The notes under the pieces: model-generated
Databases searched by the model: none
The model's input: the letters and a program-made list of their open reading frames with translations, nothing else
Told to the model about the DNA's origin: nothing
Program-made: the position numbers and the translations under genes
In this document: one piece after another, positions 37,901 through 51,257 of the stretch
Numbering within the stretch: the first letter of the stretch is position 1
Layout of the letters: each line of letters begins with the position of its first letter
Assembly: GCA_040954595.2 (NCBI GenBank)
Contig: CM082581.2
Span: 13,713,921 to 13,777,920, forward strand
Reading direction: 5' to 3'
Origin: Balanoglossus misakiensis
Lineage: Eukaryota; Animalia; Hemichordata
DNA length: 64,000 nucleotides

Positions 37901-40648
37901 TTCAATGGACAACGGTTTTTTGGGGAGTTGGTTTACAACTTGCTCTTGGAATCTTCATACTACGCTCCACAGCTGGCTTCGATACATTCAATTTTCTCGG
38001 TCAGCAGATTCAGACCTTCCTTGATTACACTGACTACGGTTCCGAATTTGTCTTCAGCGCGCCACTGGAAGTTCATTTCTTCATATTTAAGGTTTGTACA
38101 ACTAAAGTGGTCTACATCATCTTTCGATACCATCGTTCTTCGCCATCGTTAGAGCACCAAAATAAAACTCGGAAATTCCTTCTGGGTGACAACGGCAGTT
38201 TGAAACCAAGATGGCGGTCTTGGTGTTGAACTTATTTAGATTTCACGTCGTCTTAAAAAACTGTTTCAAAAATTGACTTCGTGCTACAAGTACATGTAAG
38301 TGCTGACGTCACCCAAATCAACATTATGATACATCACTTATTTTTCTACATCCAAACAGGTTCTGCCGGTCATTATATTCTGCACCTATATCATTGGTAT
38401 GTTAGATTATCTGGGTATCATGGGATGGATTATCAAAGTCTGCGCATGGGTAATGCAGTACACTATGGAAGTGTCAGGGGCGGAAGCTCTCTGCGCATCA
38501 GCAAACATATTTGTGGGCATGGTAAGTAATTACATCTCTCTTGTAAATTTCATCTGAATTTTCATAAATAAGGGGGAAGTACACGAGTGCGGAATCAAAC
38601 AAAAGCAACTTACAGCAAGATAAAAAAAAAACAAGGCATTTAAGTACTTTTCTTGTAAGGAACCAATTTCGACATGTGGCGACTTGAAGTATACTGCAAC
38701 TGAACGAACGACACCTATGCAGAAGACTACCCGTTCTGGTAAAATAATATCTTTCATGTACTGACTTACAAACTTATGGCAATTTTTCACAGACCATTGC
38801 TCCAGTCATGGTGAAGCACTATTTACATGACATGACGTCATCGGAGTTGCACTCTGTTGTGGTTGGTGGACTGGCAACAATTGCAGGCAGCGTTCTGGGT
38901 GCATACATTAATTTTGGGATCAGTGCCGCTCATCTGTTGTCCGCATCAGTCATTTCTGCTCCGGCAGCCCTGGCTACCGCTAAGCTGTTCTACCCGGAGA
39001 CGAAAAGGCCCAGGACTTTGACGGAGCACAACATTGTCATCGAAAAGGGGTAACGCTCGTAAATGTTCATTTGTAGTCACCACTGACGTCAAAATCATCA
39101 TCGTCCAAGTGCCACCAACTCGAATAGATCGAAGTGGTCTCTGGATGATGACAAAGCTTTGTGTACGCAGCATTTCTATAAATGATTGTATAAACAAGTC
39201 ACTTTATCACCAACCATAAACCTTTTTTTTCTACAGCAAGGCCAGTAATGTGTTAGAAGCAATGGTAAATGCCGCACAAGATGGTCTGAAAATCTGTGCT
39301 GCTATTGTTGCCCAGATCATCGCAATTCTGGCCACTTTGGCGTTCATCAACGCAGTCTTATCATGGTTGGGATCTTTGGTCAACTGTCCACAACTAACAT
39401 TCGAGGTAATGAAAGCATGTCCAATGCGGTGGCCTTGTTGTTGGGGCGTTTCTCTGTTTCTCGGTTATTATGTAAATTTGTTTTTGAGGGTTGACAGATG
39501 TGAGAAATTGTTGAATGGACGAATTTACATTTGTCGTTAGATTGATCATGTTATGAGACTGTGAAATTTAAGACATCGAGCGATTGGAAAGTCAAAATAC
39601 GCAACCTATATTCAAGAGACAAATCGACTTTGTTCACATATTGAATGCATGACTATGTTAATATTCATATATTAAGAGTTCATGGATAAGGAACATAGTG
39701 CACACTGCGTTTATATTCTCTTTGTTTCAGCTCATCTGTCGATATGTGCTATATCCTGTCGCTTGGTTGATGGGAGTTGAAAGCGCAGACTGTGAATTAG
39801 TTGCCGAGCTGATCGGAGTGAAGACTTTCCTCAATGAATTTGTCGCCTATCAACAACTAGCAGGGTACATCAGCAATCGGTCAACAGGGATTGGGCCTAC
39901 GCTATCGGTTAGTGTTTTACGGGTTGTAACCTCGACAAGCCAATAAAAATTTGAACTATCTCTTCATTAAAGAAACTAGTGCACCGGCACTATTACGTCT
40001 TGCCGGCCAGTCAGTAACATATAACGAATCTACTCCATTTTCTACCTAAGAGCAATTGAAACACTAAAAAGCCAAGAAGATATATGTAAATACGAAGTAG
40101 TCGATAATGTAATATTCTTCATTAGTTTCGTTGCAATCGCCAATCAATCTACCAGCATAGTGTAACTTTCTCATCCGTAGCTTCGATCTGAAGTCATAGC
40201 AACGTATGCATTGTGTGGATTTTCCAACCTGGGCAGCTTGGGAATAATGCTCGGCGCTTTGGGACCAATGATACCGGGACGGAAGGGCGAATTGTCTCTT
40301 CTCTGCCTCAGAGCCATCGTCGCCGCCACGGTTGCATGTTGTATGACGGGCTGCGTTGCTGGTAAGGCAGTTTCTTTAAAACCCAATATTATCGGCCTAT
40401 GAATGGTTTGTAGGGGCTGTGGTTCCATACAGTGCTACTTTGTGATGTGAACGTGCCTAATTGCTTCTGCTACGATACAAACAGATACACACTCTCACTA
40501 TCTCAATGCATTTTTTTCTGTTTGTTTCTTTCCTTTGCCATGTCCAGGGCTTCTTTACGACGGAGGACGCCGTCTGTTTGACTCGTCAGATATCGTCGAG
40601 GACGCCACCAATGCAACTGCCCTGTTTCTCACAACAACGTCCTCATGA
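34988..40648 (+). CDS. SLC28A: SLC28/CNT-like copy 3 (most divergent). Exons 34988-35107, 36730-36873, 37114-37397, 37597-37753, 37900-38091, 38360-38521, 38793-39049, 39237-39405, 39731-39907, 40181-40361, 40548-40648
   Basis: Same exon architecture; motifs [36 protein letters not shown]. The first two exons are less certain than the transmembrane exons. Confidence 0.9.
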
Positions 40649-41622
40649 AAGGAAGTGCGCCATCTGCCGCGAGAATCGGAGATGCTACCTGCATCTGATT
40701 TAGCAGTGTCTACACTCAAAAATAATTTCAAACTCATAATCATATAGCGATATGATGACTTGTGTACTTCTCGTATGGGTAGCAAAGAAACTAACGAACA
40801 AGACTGATTTAATTAATTAATTAATTACTAATTGCATTGCGCAAAATCATCATCATCATGCAGTATGCTTTGAAATTTATGAGACACGGAATAATATTTA
40901 CTTGGAGACATTTATCTCTGTTTTGGCTGTAGATTTGGCAAATGCGGACTGGACTTGTCTTGTACGGCTTTGTGGCTGGCTGTTCTGGCCAACCGTTGTT
41001 TACAATGAATATAACACAGGCGGTCATAGACCTGTTATTTGATAAATGATAACATGAATTTTTAACCAATAAATAGACTACTCCCTAGGTTGATATCAAT
41101 GTCAAAATTCTTACCGGTTTCGCTGTACAAGCTGACCCCATGTCTTTAACGAGATGACTGCCAATCTTCTTTCCCGTTGTTGAAGTCTTTATCTTGAAAT
41201 GTTAAAGTCTATCAACGGTCCGTGTAAATGTTTGGTGGATGAAAATGGCTGCAAACCCTTCCTTTTCTCCTGTTATCTCAAAAAGCAGTACAACTCGTCG
41301 TTTCGATGCGGCTTCGTTTGTTGGCGAAACTTCAATTTGGAATTTTCCGAACCAACGTAGCTTGGGTTGGTGTGTGCTCCCTTGCAGGCTTGCTGCTTGA
41401 AGGATCAGACTTCGACTCTGAACCTGGGGGAGTCGTGCAGATCAACCTTCGAGAAGTTCTCCAAAATCCAGGAACAACAAGCCACACTCGTCAGTCTCTT
41501 CATGTTTTTTTCTGCTCCACTTCTTCACGTGTTTTTGAAATACGCCGTCGTCACCAGTCACGATGCTTCCACCGTGAAATCAGTGAGACGAATTTGAAGT
41601 AACGCATGCAAATGTGCGCAAG

Positions 41623-41762
41623 CACCTGGTGAAAATTTGCATTGCACGTGGCCATTCCCAACCAATGGTAATCTCTATACAGATACGTTCAAGTGGTTAA
41701 TTGGCTAACACGAATATTCAAGTGGTATGTGCTTCGTGATTGGTCATGTTTTACACCGGGTG
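41623..41762. mobile_element. Possible small MITE-like element of about 140 bp
   Basis: Imperfect terminal inverted repeats CACCTGGTGAAAA (41623-41635) and TTTTACACCGGGTG (41749-41762); no coding capacity. Confidence 0.35.
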
Positions 41763-42163
41763 TTCTTGACGTGTTGTAAGGGGAGTTAAGAATGTTACAT
41801 TCTTGTTAATGGTGTGCGGGGTTTCCCACGTTCTCTTTGACGGCAAAATATGGTTTTGAAAAAAAAAGTTGTGCAGGTAACAAGCAGACACAAGGGAGGT
41901 TAACATGTACTTCTAAATACATTTTAAGTTTACAATTTGACAAATTAAAGTCTCAATAATCGCGGATGAATTACTATTTTTCATACCCATTCTGTGCGTA
42001 GACTCTAAGTATATTGTGTATAGTTTTCTTGAGTTTTTCCTGTTTTGACAAAATCTAATCGTGCAAATTGGTCTGCTGAATAAATGTTGAAAACACTTCT
42101 GTGTAAATATCGTCCTTGATTATGTAAATTTAGTACAAGTTTTCTCTTAGAGGCTCAAGGAGC

Positions 42164-44729
42164 TTACTGAAGTTCTTGTTCGTTCAGTAATGACGCCCCC
42201 ATGCGGTCATCCAAGACTCTCATTTGTTGGCAATCGAGTGCATCCTCGTACGACGGAGGCGAGTCTGCATAATGTGCATCGCTGTCGCAGTTTGTGTCGT
42301 ACATGTCATTGTTCTGTGCGTTACTTTCTCGCTCAACGCACGGGTGGAAAGACAGTTCGGTATCTGTTGATCGGTTTTGTGCGTTATTCACGGGTGTCGC
42401 CAAGTCACAGGGGGACACATTTTGCGACTCCTTCTGAGAATCGGACTCAAAATTGGCAGTGTGCTCAGAGGGTACTTCTATTGCGATGTCCTCACAGTCA
42501 TCAGAAGATGATTTCACATCGTCTTGATCACTGCTGGTCAAATAACTAGCACAAGCGGGTGCACTTAGCATATCTACATCAATGTCAAGGGTTGCCATTT
42601 CTGACAATCCGGTTGGCGAAAGTGTTTGTGTGGGAAGTCGTTGTTGGAGCGACATCTCTTGCGCGTCTTGAGCAGCAATTTCTCTCGTTGCTTGGATACT
42701 GTTGCTACCGTGTCTTGGACCCCGTGTCCTGTCAGCTACTTCGACAGGAGAGCGAGATTCACCGGAAGACACTTGAGACGAGATTGTTGCCACTGGTACG
42801 TTGTCTGACGGTTGTGGTGGAGACTGATCGTTCGGCCTGTGCCTCCTTCGGTTTGGCATTTTTGTACGAGGCAATACTGCAGAGAAAGAATGAAATAACG
42901 TTTTCTGATCATTATTCTATAGTGGCATTCGTACCTTGTAATGCGCGTTTTTAACTATCCATGGCCTCCGTGTTTATCTCGGTATTTTTGAGAACCCAAT
43001 TCACTTCCAAAGGTCAGAGAGCTTACCTGCCGGGAAAAGTATAAGTCTGTCATCGTTGTTTGAAACCAGCGATTCATAACTTGGTGGTAATATCAACATT
43101 GGTGGGTTATCCGCTTGATACGAGTCTCCGTTGTTGTCAACGTTGTCATTTGCCTGCAGTGAGATGGAATTTGATTTTATATTGATTGAAAGAGCTTGTG
43201 GATAGATTTGAGATGTAATGCATTGATTCTAAAGATTGGCCATGGTGCTGTAACAATGTGTATTGTGATAGACGTAGCAGGCAACGCGTCTCCCCTCTAG
43301 GAAACTGAATATATTCGCTTACCCAGCTGGTATTCTCCTCTAAATTACGACAGCCACAGACTGTCATGCTAGCAAGACCCGCGGTTGCTATGGAAACGCA
43401 CATCTGACTACACGCGGTAATCAAGATGAGCGCACCCACAGCCATCCTCGACTCCTGAAAATTAAAAGTTTTACTTCGTGAAGAGTGTCAAAATGTGAAA
43501 TCTCAGGCAACTTACGCATACTGTAGTTTTCCGAGGTCCCAGTGAGGGAGTGTGCATTGAATAACCTTATAATAAGGGTCTTGTGGAGTTCGGAAAATGG
43601 TCTATTGGCTAATTCTCCCTACCTTAAATAGGTTTTAAGCTACCTAAGTGAGTGATGAAAATCTCACAGGGTCGACACAATTTCAAGATGGCCGATTTTT
43701 GTCATGTTTAAGAAATGGAAGTGATATTCAGTCATTCAGTCATATCCCGAACAAGGTGAACGTAACTTTGACTTACTATAGATGAGCACGGATAGGAGTC
43801 GTATATGTCACAATCTGATGGATTGAAAAAGCCTTCTTGGGTGAGAGCCAACGCTGCTACGGTGATGGGAAGCAGGGTTAAACTGGAAGACACCAAACTT
43901 AGCACCAAGGAAACAATTATCTTATGGTGTGAAGAAAAGGTGAAAAGAAAAAGGATTTGTTATCGGTCTGAAACCAACAGGTGGCTGTGTATGAAGTCAT
44001 TATAAATCTATTTCGGAATACACAGTTTCCTCATTCAACCGGAAGTTTTATTAGCATATCATTAGCATAAACGTGAGATGGTGACACAACCGAGTGATTT
44101 ATTTAATCATGAGACTGATGTTATATGATGATATGGTTGACTAATATGAGACAGTCTTACACAGACTCTACTTTTACTTACTGATTTCTCGGTCTTTTTT
44201 ATGCAAGCCACGACACACGACATACCAGACACGGCAAACTGTAATAGGCACCACAAAGTCAATAACTATTTTCATTGAATCATAAAGCAAATGGAACGAG
44301 ATTTAAATTTGATAAAGTATAATACGGGAATTGCTAGAACATTGAAAGAAAATGACCCAGAAATATCTCTGTGTAGCCTCATTATTTCCCTAGCGTACTT
44401 ACAAAAAGGCCTGTCAAGATTGGAGCACATATATTGGCGATATATGTCCGCAGGGCTAAGGCAGTAATTCCAAGCATGATACTGAGAAACCCAAGACAAA
44501 TCTGAGTCACTCCCAGGCAATGGTAATGGCGACGCTTAAATGGCGACGATTCATCCGGGTATATGAGATGGGCTGGAGTCTCGACATGCGAATTGACCGG
44601 CGGATTCTGCCAGGGACCGGTGTCGGTTACTTCTGCTAGAGGTGGCGCTGACTGCCCTGCTGTTGGTGGTTCTGATTGCGGCGGAATAATCCAGCTGTGG
44701 TCGTCATCTGTTGATCGCCTTGAAGCCAT
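42164..44729 (-). CDS. MS4A/CD20-like four-transmembrane protein with a long disordered C-terminal tail. Exons 44403-44729, 44182-44238, 43777-43920, 43323-43454, 43027-43153, 42164-42876
   Basis: Pro-rich N-terminus, then LGVTQICLGFLSIMLGI...APILTGLF/FAVSG (CD20-family TM1-2 pattern). Two further hydrophobic helices flank a Cys-pair loop (SDCDIYDSYPC). Splice phases are consistent. Confidence 0.75.
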
Positions 44730-47417
44730 AACTTCACAGATTTCAATCTGATGTCACGGTCGTAGAATTCTGAAAGTATGAAACGCCAACATGATGTGTT
44801 GCCTCCATATTGAACAACTTATTAATAAAACGGGAAGTCTGGAACGACATAGTCGCGTTTCTGATGTCATTTTGTACTCTCCAAAGCACTCGAGGTTTTC
44901 GAGAATGACCTATACACATCATATGCCAATCATACACTAATCATATGACCAGACCTGGGTTTTTTTTGCAAAGTAACAACGGCGTACGAACAAATGACAA
45001 CGTTAACCTATGACCTGTGTCTAAGCACCATTCAGCATAGCATCATATCTATTAATTCCAAAGAAGGGGCGTGCCGTCATCCTTTCTAAAAAATGAATCG
45101 GAGAAAGCCCCTTTGATTCATTTCATTCTCACAGACCGCGTGGTGTTACTTATTCTTTGAAGTCGAAGTTTGCAATATCCGCTCAATAATTAAAAACTTT
45201 TAGCGTCGGGAATGACCTCGTGTCGCCCTGGCAACGTCTATACTGACCTCAAAAAGACACACTCTTACAGGAACAAAAAGATTGTGAATTTCACATGACA
45301 AGTTTTGTGTTGTTCTATACGTTCCCAGTGATTTATTGGGTTGAAATGACTAAGACAACAAGTAAAACAATTTTATATAAAAACATTTTTTTCAATCAAG
45401 CTTGAAAAGACTTTATGCTGCACATAAGAACAGACAACTAGACTGTGTTTCTATTTTGGTACGTTTTTTCACTGTATATAAATCAAACATACATACCTAT
45501 GCTCAGGTTGCAACGACCCTTGCAGATGTACACAAAAGACTTCCTGGTCGGGTCGTCTACACCATCATAAATTAAATTGTCTTACAATAACGATATGGCA
45601 GTCGTCTGGGTTGACATAAACATTGTTGGAATATGCGTGCCATCGCGAAAATCGCCCAAAACGCGAAACAAACTGACCCATATTGTGACGTTACTTACCT
45701 ACAGGTATAGATATACTGTTAGTGACAGTTTCAGTCGATGAACGGTCCGACAAGACGCTTTGTTTGAATTGAGGGTGACGCTTATCCTTTTGATGTGGCA
45801 TTCACGAGGAAATGGCAACCAGCAGGAGCATACAAGTGTCCCAGTTTCGAACAATTTATCGGCATTGGGAATCTCAGACTCTACTTGAAGTTGTCAAACA
45901 GAACAATTCTAACCTGGCTGCCAGTTGGACGTAGCGTGAAGTGCTTTGTATATCGACAAAGCAATCCACGCGCAAACTTCAGCTAAACACTGAAAACGCC
46001 AGCGAGTTACTGGGTTGCTTGATACCGCTGTAAAGGTGACATAGGTGTGGGTCGACCTCTCAACTTTGATCTACGGTGCTTTCGACTTCTCGTCTTTACC
46101 GCCACAACCGGATGATTTTTATGACCAAAAATCGCAGCAGTGAAAAGATTGAAATCCTCATTTTTGCGTTGCTTTAGTTTCAGGTGGTTTACTTATCCTG
46201 GGACGTGATGCAGAGTTATAAGATCCTGTCTTGCAGACACGACGTGCAAATAAGAGTGCAGTGGCATAATAATTATGTCAATTAAGGCGGAATCCATTTT
46301 TTCAACAAAGAATTACATGGCTGTGTATATATATGAGTCGTGTCGTCAAACACTGATGCCTTCAATAGTAACAGCATGCACACAGGGAATGTGATAGTAA
46401 ATACCAATCCATAAATATGACCTGTGGAAAGTTGCGAAAGTTGCGACGAATATTATTTTAGACAATCATCAGCGATGACGCCCATGATCCAGACTGACAA
46501 ATACTGGTTTATTCGAAAGGCACGATTCAAAAATTAGGCCAGTTACGTTTATAGACAGTGTGTCACTCTGAAACAAAAAGTGCGTGAACAAGTTTGACAC
46601 CAGACATGTCACATATCAATAGAAATCATACTAGTAATTTCCCGTGAGTTTAAAGCTGCACAGTTGATGATAATGACAATTTACTTTGGTAGCATAAAAC
46701 TCTTAACTTTTGTTTGTATAATACTTTACTTGCCGAAATAAAATAACTCACGAGTGATTTGGTCAGTTGCCATGGTTCAGAATGTAAAAAAATAATAAAA
46801 ATGAATTTTATGGGTACGTACCCATATATTTTTATAAACACACAAATATTGCGACGTAAACGTTACGTCATACAATGAATACAGTGAATACCGCACTTTG
46901 TTTATTTTGCAACAAAGTTACCGTTTCAAACGTTCGTAATCCCACTGTGAGATTGTCTGTAGTCTACTCTGAACCTTGTATGAGGATGTTTTGCACTGAC
47001 AACCAAGGAAACTTCCTAATGATGAAGAGCAATATATCGAGTATTTAAAACGACAAACTCTTTCGATTTCATATGAAGAAATTCAACAAAAATTGGCGGA
47101 ATTTTCGCAAGCAGACGTGTCTATACCCACCGTCTGTCGAACCGTATTGCCCAAAACCACCACCACCACCACCGTCGATGCTTTTATAAAGTTAACAGTG
47201 CTTTCACTTAATTGCTTCACGTTCCACTGGTGACGTCACCCACTGTCTGTCAGACAGCAGGCGTGATTGTGGGATGTACACGTACGTACCTGTTCTGACC
47301 CACACGTGTCACATGATATAAGCTAGGTCACACTCGGACACCATTGGTGGGCGTGTGTCGGTATTTCAGCTCGGTGCTGCTTCTTCTCTCCTCGGTGGAC
47401 ACAGCGGGACCGTTGCC

Positions 47418-50400
47418 ATGGAACTGAAAATAACCCTGCTCGTTTGGTGTGCAAGTATTTTGTCCTTCACTTTATTCTCACACGCGGCGCGTTCACCGAA
47501 TTTCATCGTCCTGTTCGGCGATGATGTGGCCTGGGGTGACCTTGGCGCAAATTGGAACCCAAACAAAACAGAGTCGGACACGCCGAATCTAGATAAACTG
47601 GCTGAAAGTGGGATCAGGTAGGGAATTATGTTGAGTGGCAATCTGTAATCGACCTTACACAGGTTCTTGACTCATACAAGTCACGCAGACATGCTACACG
47701 CACGCACCTATACGCTATACTATAGCTGTTGTTTGCCGTCGGGGCCATTCTGACAGCTTCCGTGTTCTTTGTGAGCTGACTTTGGCTTCGACGAGTTTCA
47801 AGCGTAGAAGCTGCCACAGGAAAGACTCATTACTTGTTAAATACAACAACGAGCCACAAGCACAGTGAATGACGACCCTTGTCAACATAATAAGTCAGCC
47901 GGTTGAAGTCAGGTGACTTTAATCACGTGACAATAGCGAGATGGGGCGTGAACCCGAGATAGTTTGATTTCGATTTATATGAGCAACTTTTCTAAAGAGT
48001 TCGCGGTCCAATTGAAATTGAAATCCTATACATGTAGTTGTGAGCAACTCTCCTTCGTTTGAAAATGATCTTCTGGTTTGTTATTTTATAATTCCCAAGA
48101 TTTACAGACTTCCATGCTGCGGCGTCCGTCTGCTCTCCTTCGCGTGCATCTTTACTGACGGCTCGTCTTGGAATCCGTAATGGAGTTACAAAACTGTATT
48201 CAGCGTCAGGCGTCGCTGGTTTGCCACTCAACGAGACAACGTTTGCTGAAGTCTTCAAAGCTGCTGGCTACAACACTGCAATGATAGGTCTGTTGGAATT
48301 CTCTCCCCTCTCCGCTCTTTGTTTGTCCCGTCTATTTTGAATGATTTACTGTTTTTATCATTTTTTGTAAAATTCCAGGCAAGTGGCATCTTGGACTAAA
48401 CGGGAGCTATCATCCACTGGGCAGAGGTAATGTAATGTGGCAATCACTTCTGCTGTCTTTTGCCAGAATTATGCTGCGAAGACTGAACTTGAGCTTACAG
48501 GGACATGACGAAATAATATTTTTGAAAAAGTTACTAAGATAAAATCAAAATTTAATGAATTTGTCCGTTTTCTTGCATCAATTGTGCCAAGGCAAGGAAG
48601 CAGAGGACATAATTGGTTTTAATTAATACAAGGCAGAATTAAAACAATTGGTCGTTACTTTCAGGGTTTGATTATTATTATGGAGTGCCATTCACGGTTG
48701 GCAATGGATGTACAGATCATCCGGGATTAACCATCCCTGTACAATCGCCTTGTCGGAAGGATCCTCTTTTGCAAATCGAATCTTTTGTACATAAGGGTAG
48801 GTCAGCACGGCATACTTCACGTTATCCATAACCATCATTCTGCAACATTCATCAGACTTTTTTTCTACTCACAGGATTTGATTATTATTTGGGTGTGCCC
48901 ATGAGTGTTGACGAGGGTTGTTGTGACCATCCCGGTCTTGACATTCCAAAACGAAAATCCTGCAAAAAGGACAGCCATACTTTCAAAATCAACCCACTTT
49001 CCATTTCGCATGGTAGGTACGGCTCAATAAAAGTCGAGGGAAACCATGCTTCCGCTCGACATGTCTGAATAAAACAGATTGCACCCAAGGTTTTGGCAGG
49101 AACACCTAATTTAATTGTGATCGATATAGTCTACTTCTAGAATTATCGTTCACGATGTTTTCATTCTATGGCCACACAAAGCTCGTGAGTAAAAATGCAG
49201 TGTGTCCAATGAAGAAGTCTGTTGTTTTGGATTCTGCAAAAGAGGTTGACAGAGACTGAAAATGGTGTACAGTATAAGACAAAATACAAGTAGCAATCTT
49301 TAAGATTCACATGTTGTTCAAATTGCCTGTTTTCAACGCTTTCTTCTAGAATGTGAAATGGATGTTTGTGACAACAGCGGTAGCTGGGCCTTGCCTCTGC
49401 TGGAAAACAGAACAATCATCGAACAACCAACAGATCTGTGGAGCCTCTCTGACAAATACAGTCGCAAAGCCGTTGAACTTGTCAAACAGATGTAAGTTAC
49501 TGGGTTCTTCGATGTCTTCAAATCCAGATTATTTTGCTTCAAGTTCAAGTTCATACGTATTAGTGTTTAATTCTACGAACACAATGACACGTGTCTGTGG
49601 TTCAAATTACAGCATGTTGGCCAGCGTCATTTACAACTTTGTTTCTAGCTTTCTGTCCTCAATTCAGAATATTTCCTTTTTGTTCAACACCAAAACACAA
49701 CAGGGGAAGCAGCGATCAGCCGTTTTTGCTGTACCTTGCATTTGCCCACATGCACGTTCCTCTGGGACACAGCGCCAAGTACAACACGTCTGCGCGTGGT
49801 TTCTATGGTGACACAGTGCGTGAAATGGATGGCATTGTTGGTGATGTGATGGCCGCGCTGCGAACGAATGGTCTTGAAAACGACACAGTGGTTTGGTTTA
49901 CAGGTAGGGCAGGGTGTATTCTTGAGTTTCCAGTCAAATGACCTCTTAATACAACTGTCTGGGGGTCAACCACTATCTTGTCCTCTTGTGACTCTGTGGA
50001 CGCATTTGTTTCTCTGTTCATTCCCAATGCGCAGTTGACAGCCGTTCATGACACTCAAACAATTTGAATAAAATTATCAAGTTTGATGCAGATGTTCGCA
50101 AAATGACGCTTTAAAATGTGTGACATGTTTTGCAGCCGACAATGGTCCGTGGGTATCGAAGTGCCAGTACTCAGGTAGCCAAGGAGATTTTACTGGAAAG
50201 TGGCAAGAAACAACAGGTGCGTATCCTAATAATGACACACGACAGTCATAAATTCTTGTGTGTTTTTTTCTGTGAACGTTTCTGCCTCTCCAATCAACAA
50301 AATTCTAAATGTTTTAACCAACCGTCTTCCAACAGGTGGTGGTGGGAGTACCGCAAAACTGACGCCATGGGAGGCCGGACATCGTGAACCTGCCATAGTT

Positions 50401-51257
50401 TCCTGGCCGGGTCAAATCAAACCCGGACAGGTATCCGATTCTCTGCTGAGTACCATGGATATATTTCCCACCATGGCCGCCATTGCTGGCTTAGACATGC
50501 CGCCGAACAGGAAATTCGACGGCATAGATATATCCGATGTTATATTCCACGGAAAACGGATCTACGAAGGGAGGGTAAGACGTACCACTTTCTGATATGC
50601 GGATTTGCCCTGAACTTCACAAGGTCAAAGCAGAAACTAATTTTGCACAGCATCAGAACCGAATGGCCTGCTCACATTGATTATAACTCTTCATTTTCAG
50701 GCCATGTTCCATCCAAACAGTATGTCAGCTGGTACAACAGGAGATATCAATACATACAGGGTCGGAAAATACAAAGCAATGTATATCACAGGTAGGCAGT
50801 TGAACACAGAAAAGAATTTCACTCACCAGAACACCAGTTGCACGTGGGCCCCCAAAACAAGTCTCGCGAAAACGAGATCTCGTCCGCCATATTGAATCAT
50901 CTTTCCGATTCTTGCCCAATCATTTTCTCATTTTCTGTGCAGATGATGATTCTCGTAATAACCCTTATTTCAGGTCAGAGTTTGGCGGCAGCAAGTGCGT
51001 GTGGTGGCAAGAGGGGACCTGTACAGAACCACGACCCTCCTTTGATATTCAATATCCAAGAAGACCCGGCAGAAAGCACGCCTCTCGATTCATCATCGGA
51101 GGAATATCAGACAGCTTTGAAGCAGATCCAGGCAGCCGCTGCTTTCATCAAGAACGACATCGCCACTGATAACACCACTGTAGCAAACTACAATACCGAT
51201 CCTTCCTGTCGACCATGTTGTAATCCCAAACATGTCGGTTGCAGATGTTTCGATTAA
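47418..51257 (+). CDS. ARSG: Arylsulfatase G-like lysosomal sulfatase (about 535 aa). Exons 47418-47617, 48100-48287, 48379-48426, either 48665-48796 or 48875-49012, then 49350-49491, 49704-49903, 50136-50216, 50336-50574, 50701-50791, 50974-51257
   Basis: Signal peptide; [20 protein letters not shown]; formylglycine motif [10 protein letters not shown]; GKWHLG; AHMHVP; DNGPW..KC; [13 protein letters not shown]; ARSG-type C-terminus [12 protein letters not shown]. Confidence 0.92.
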
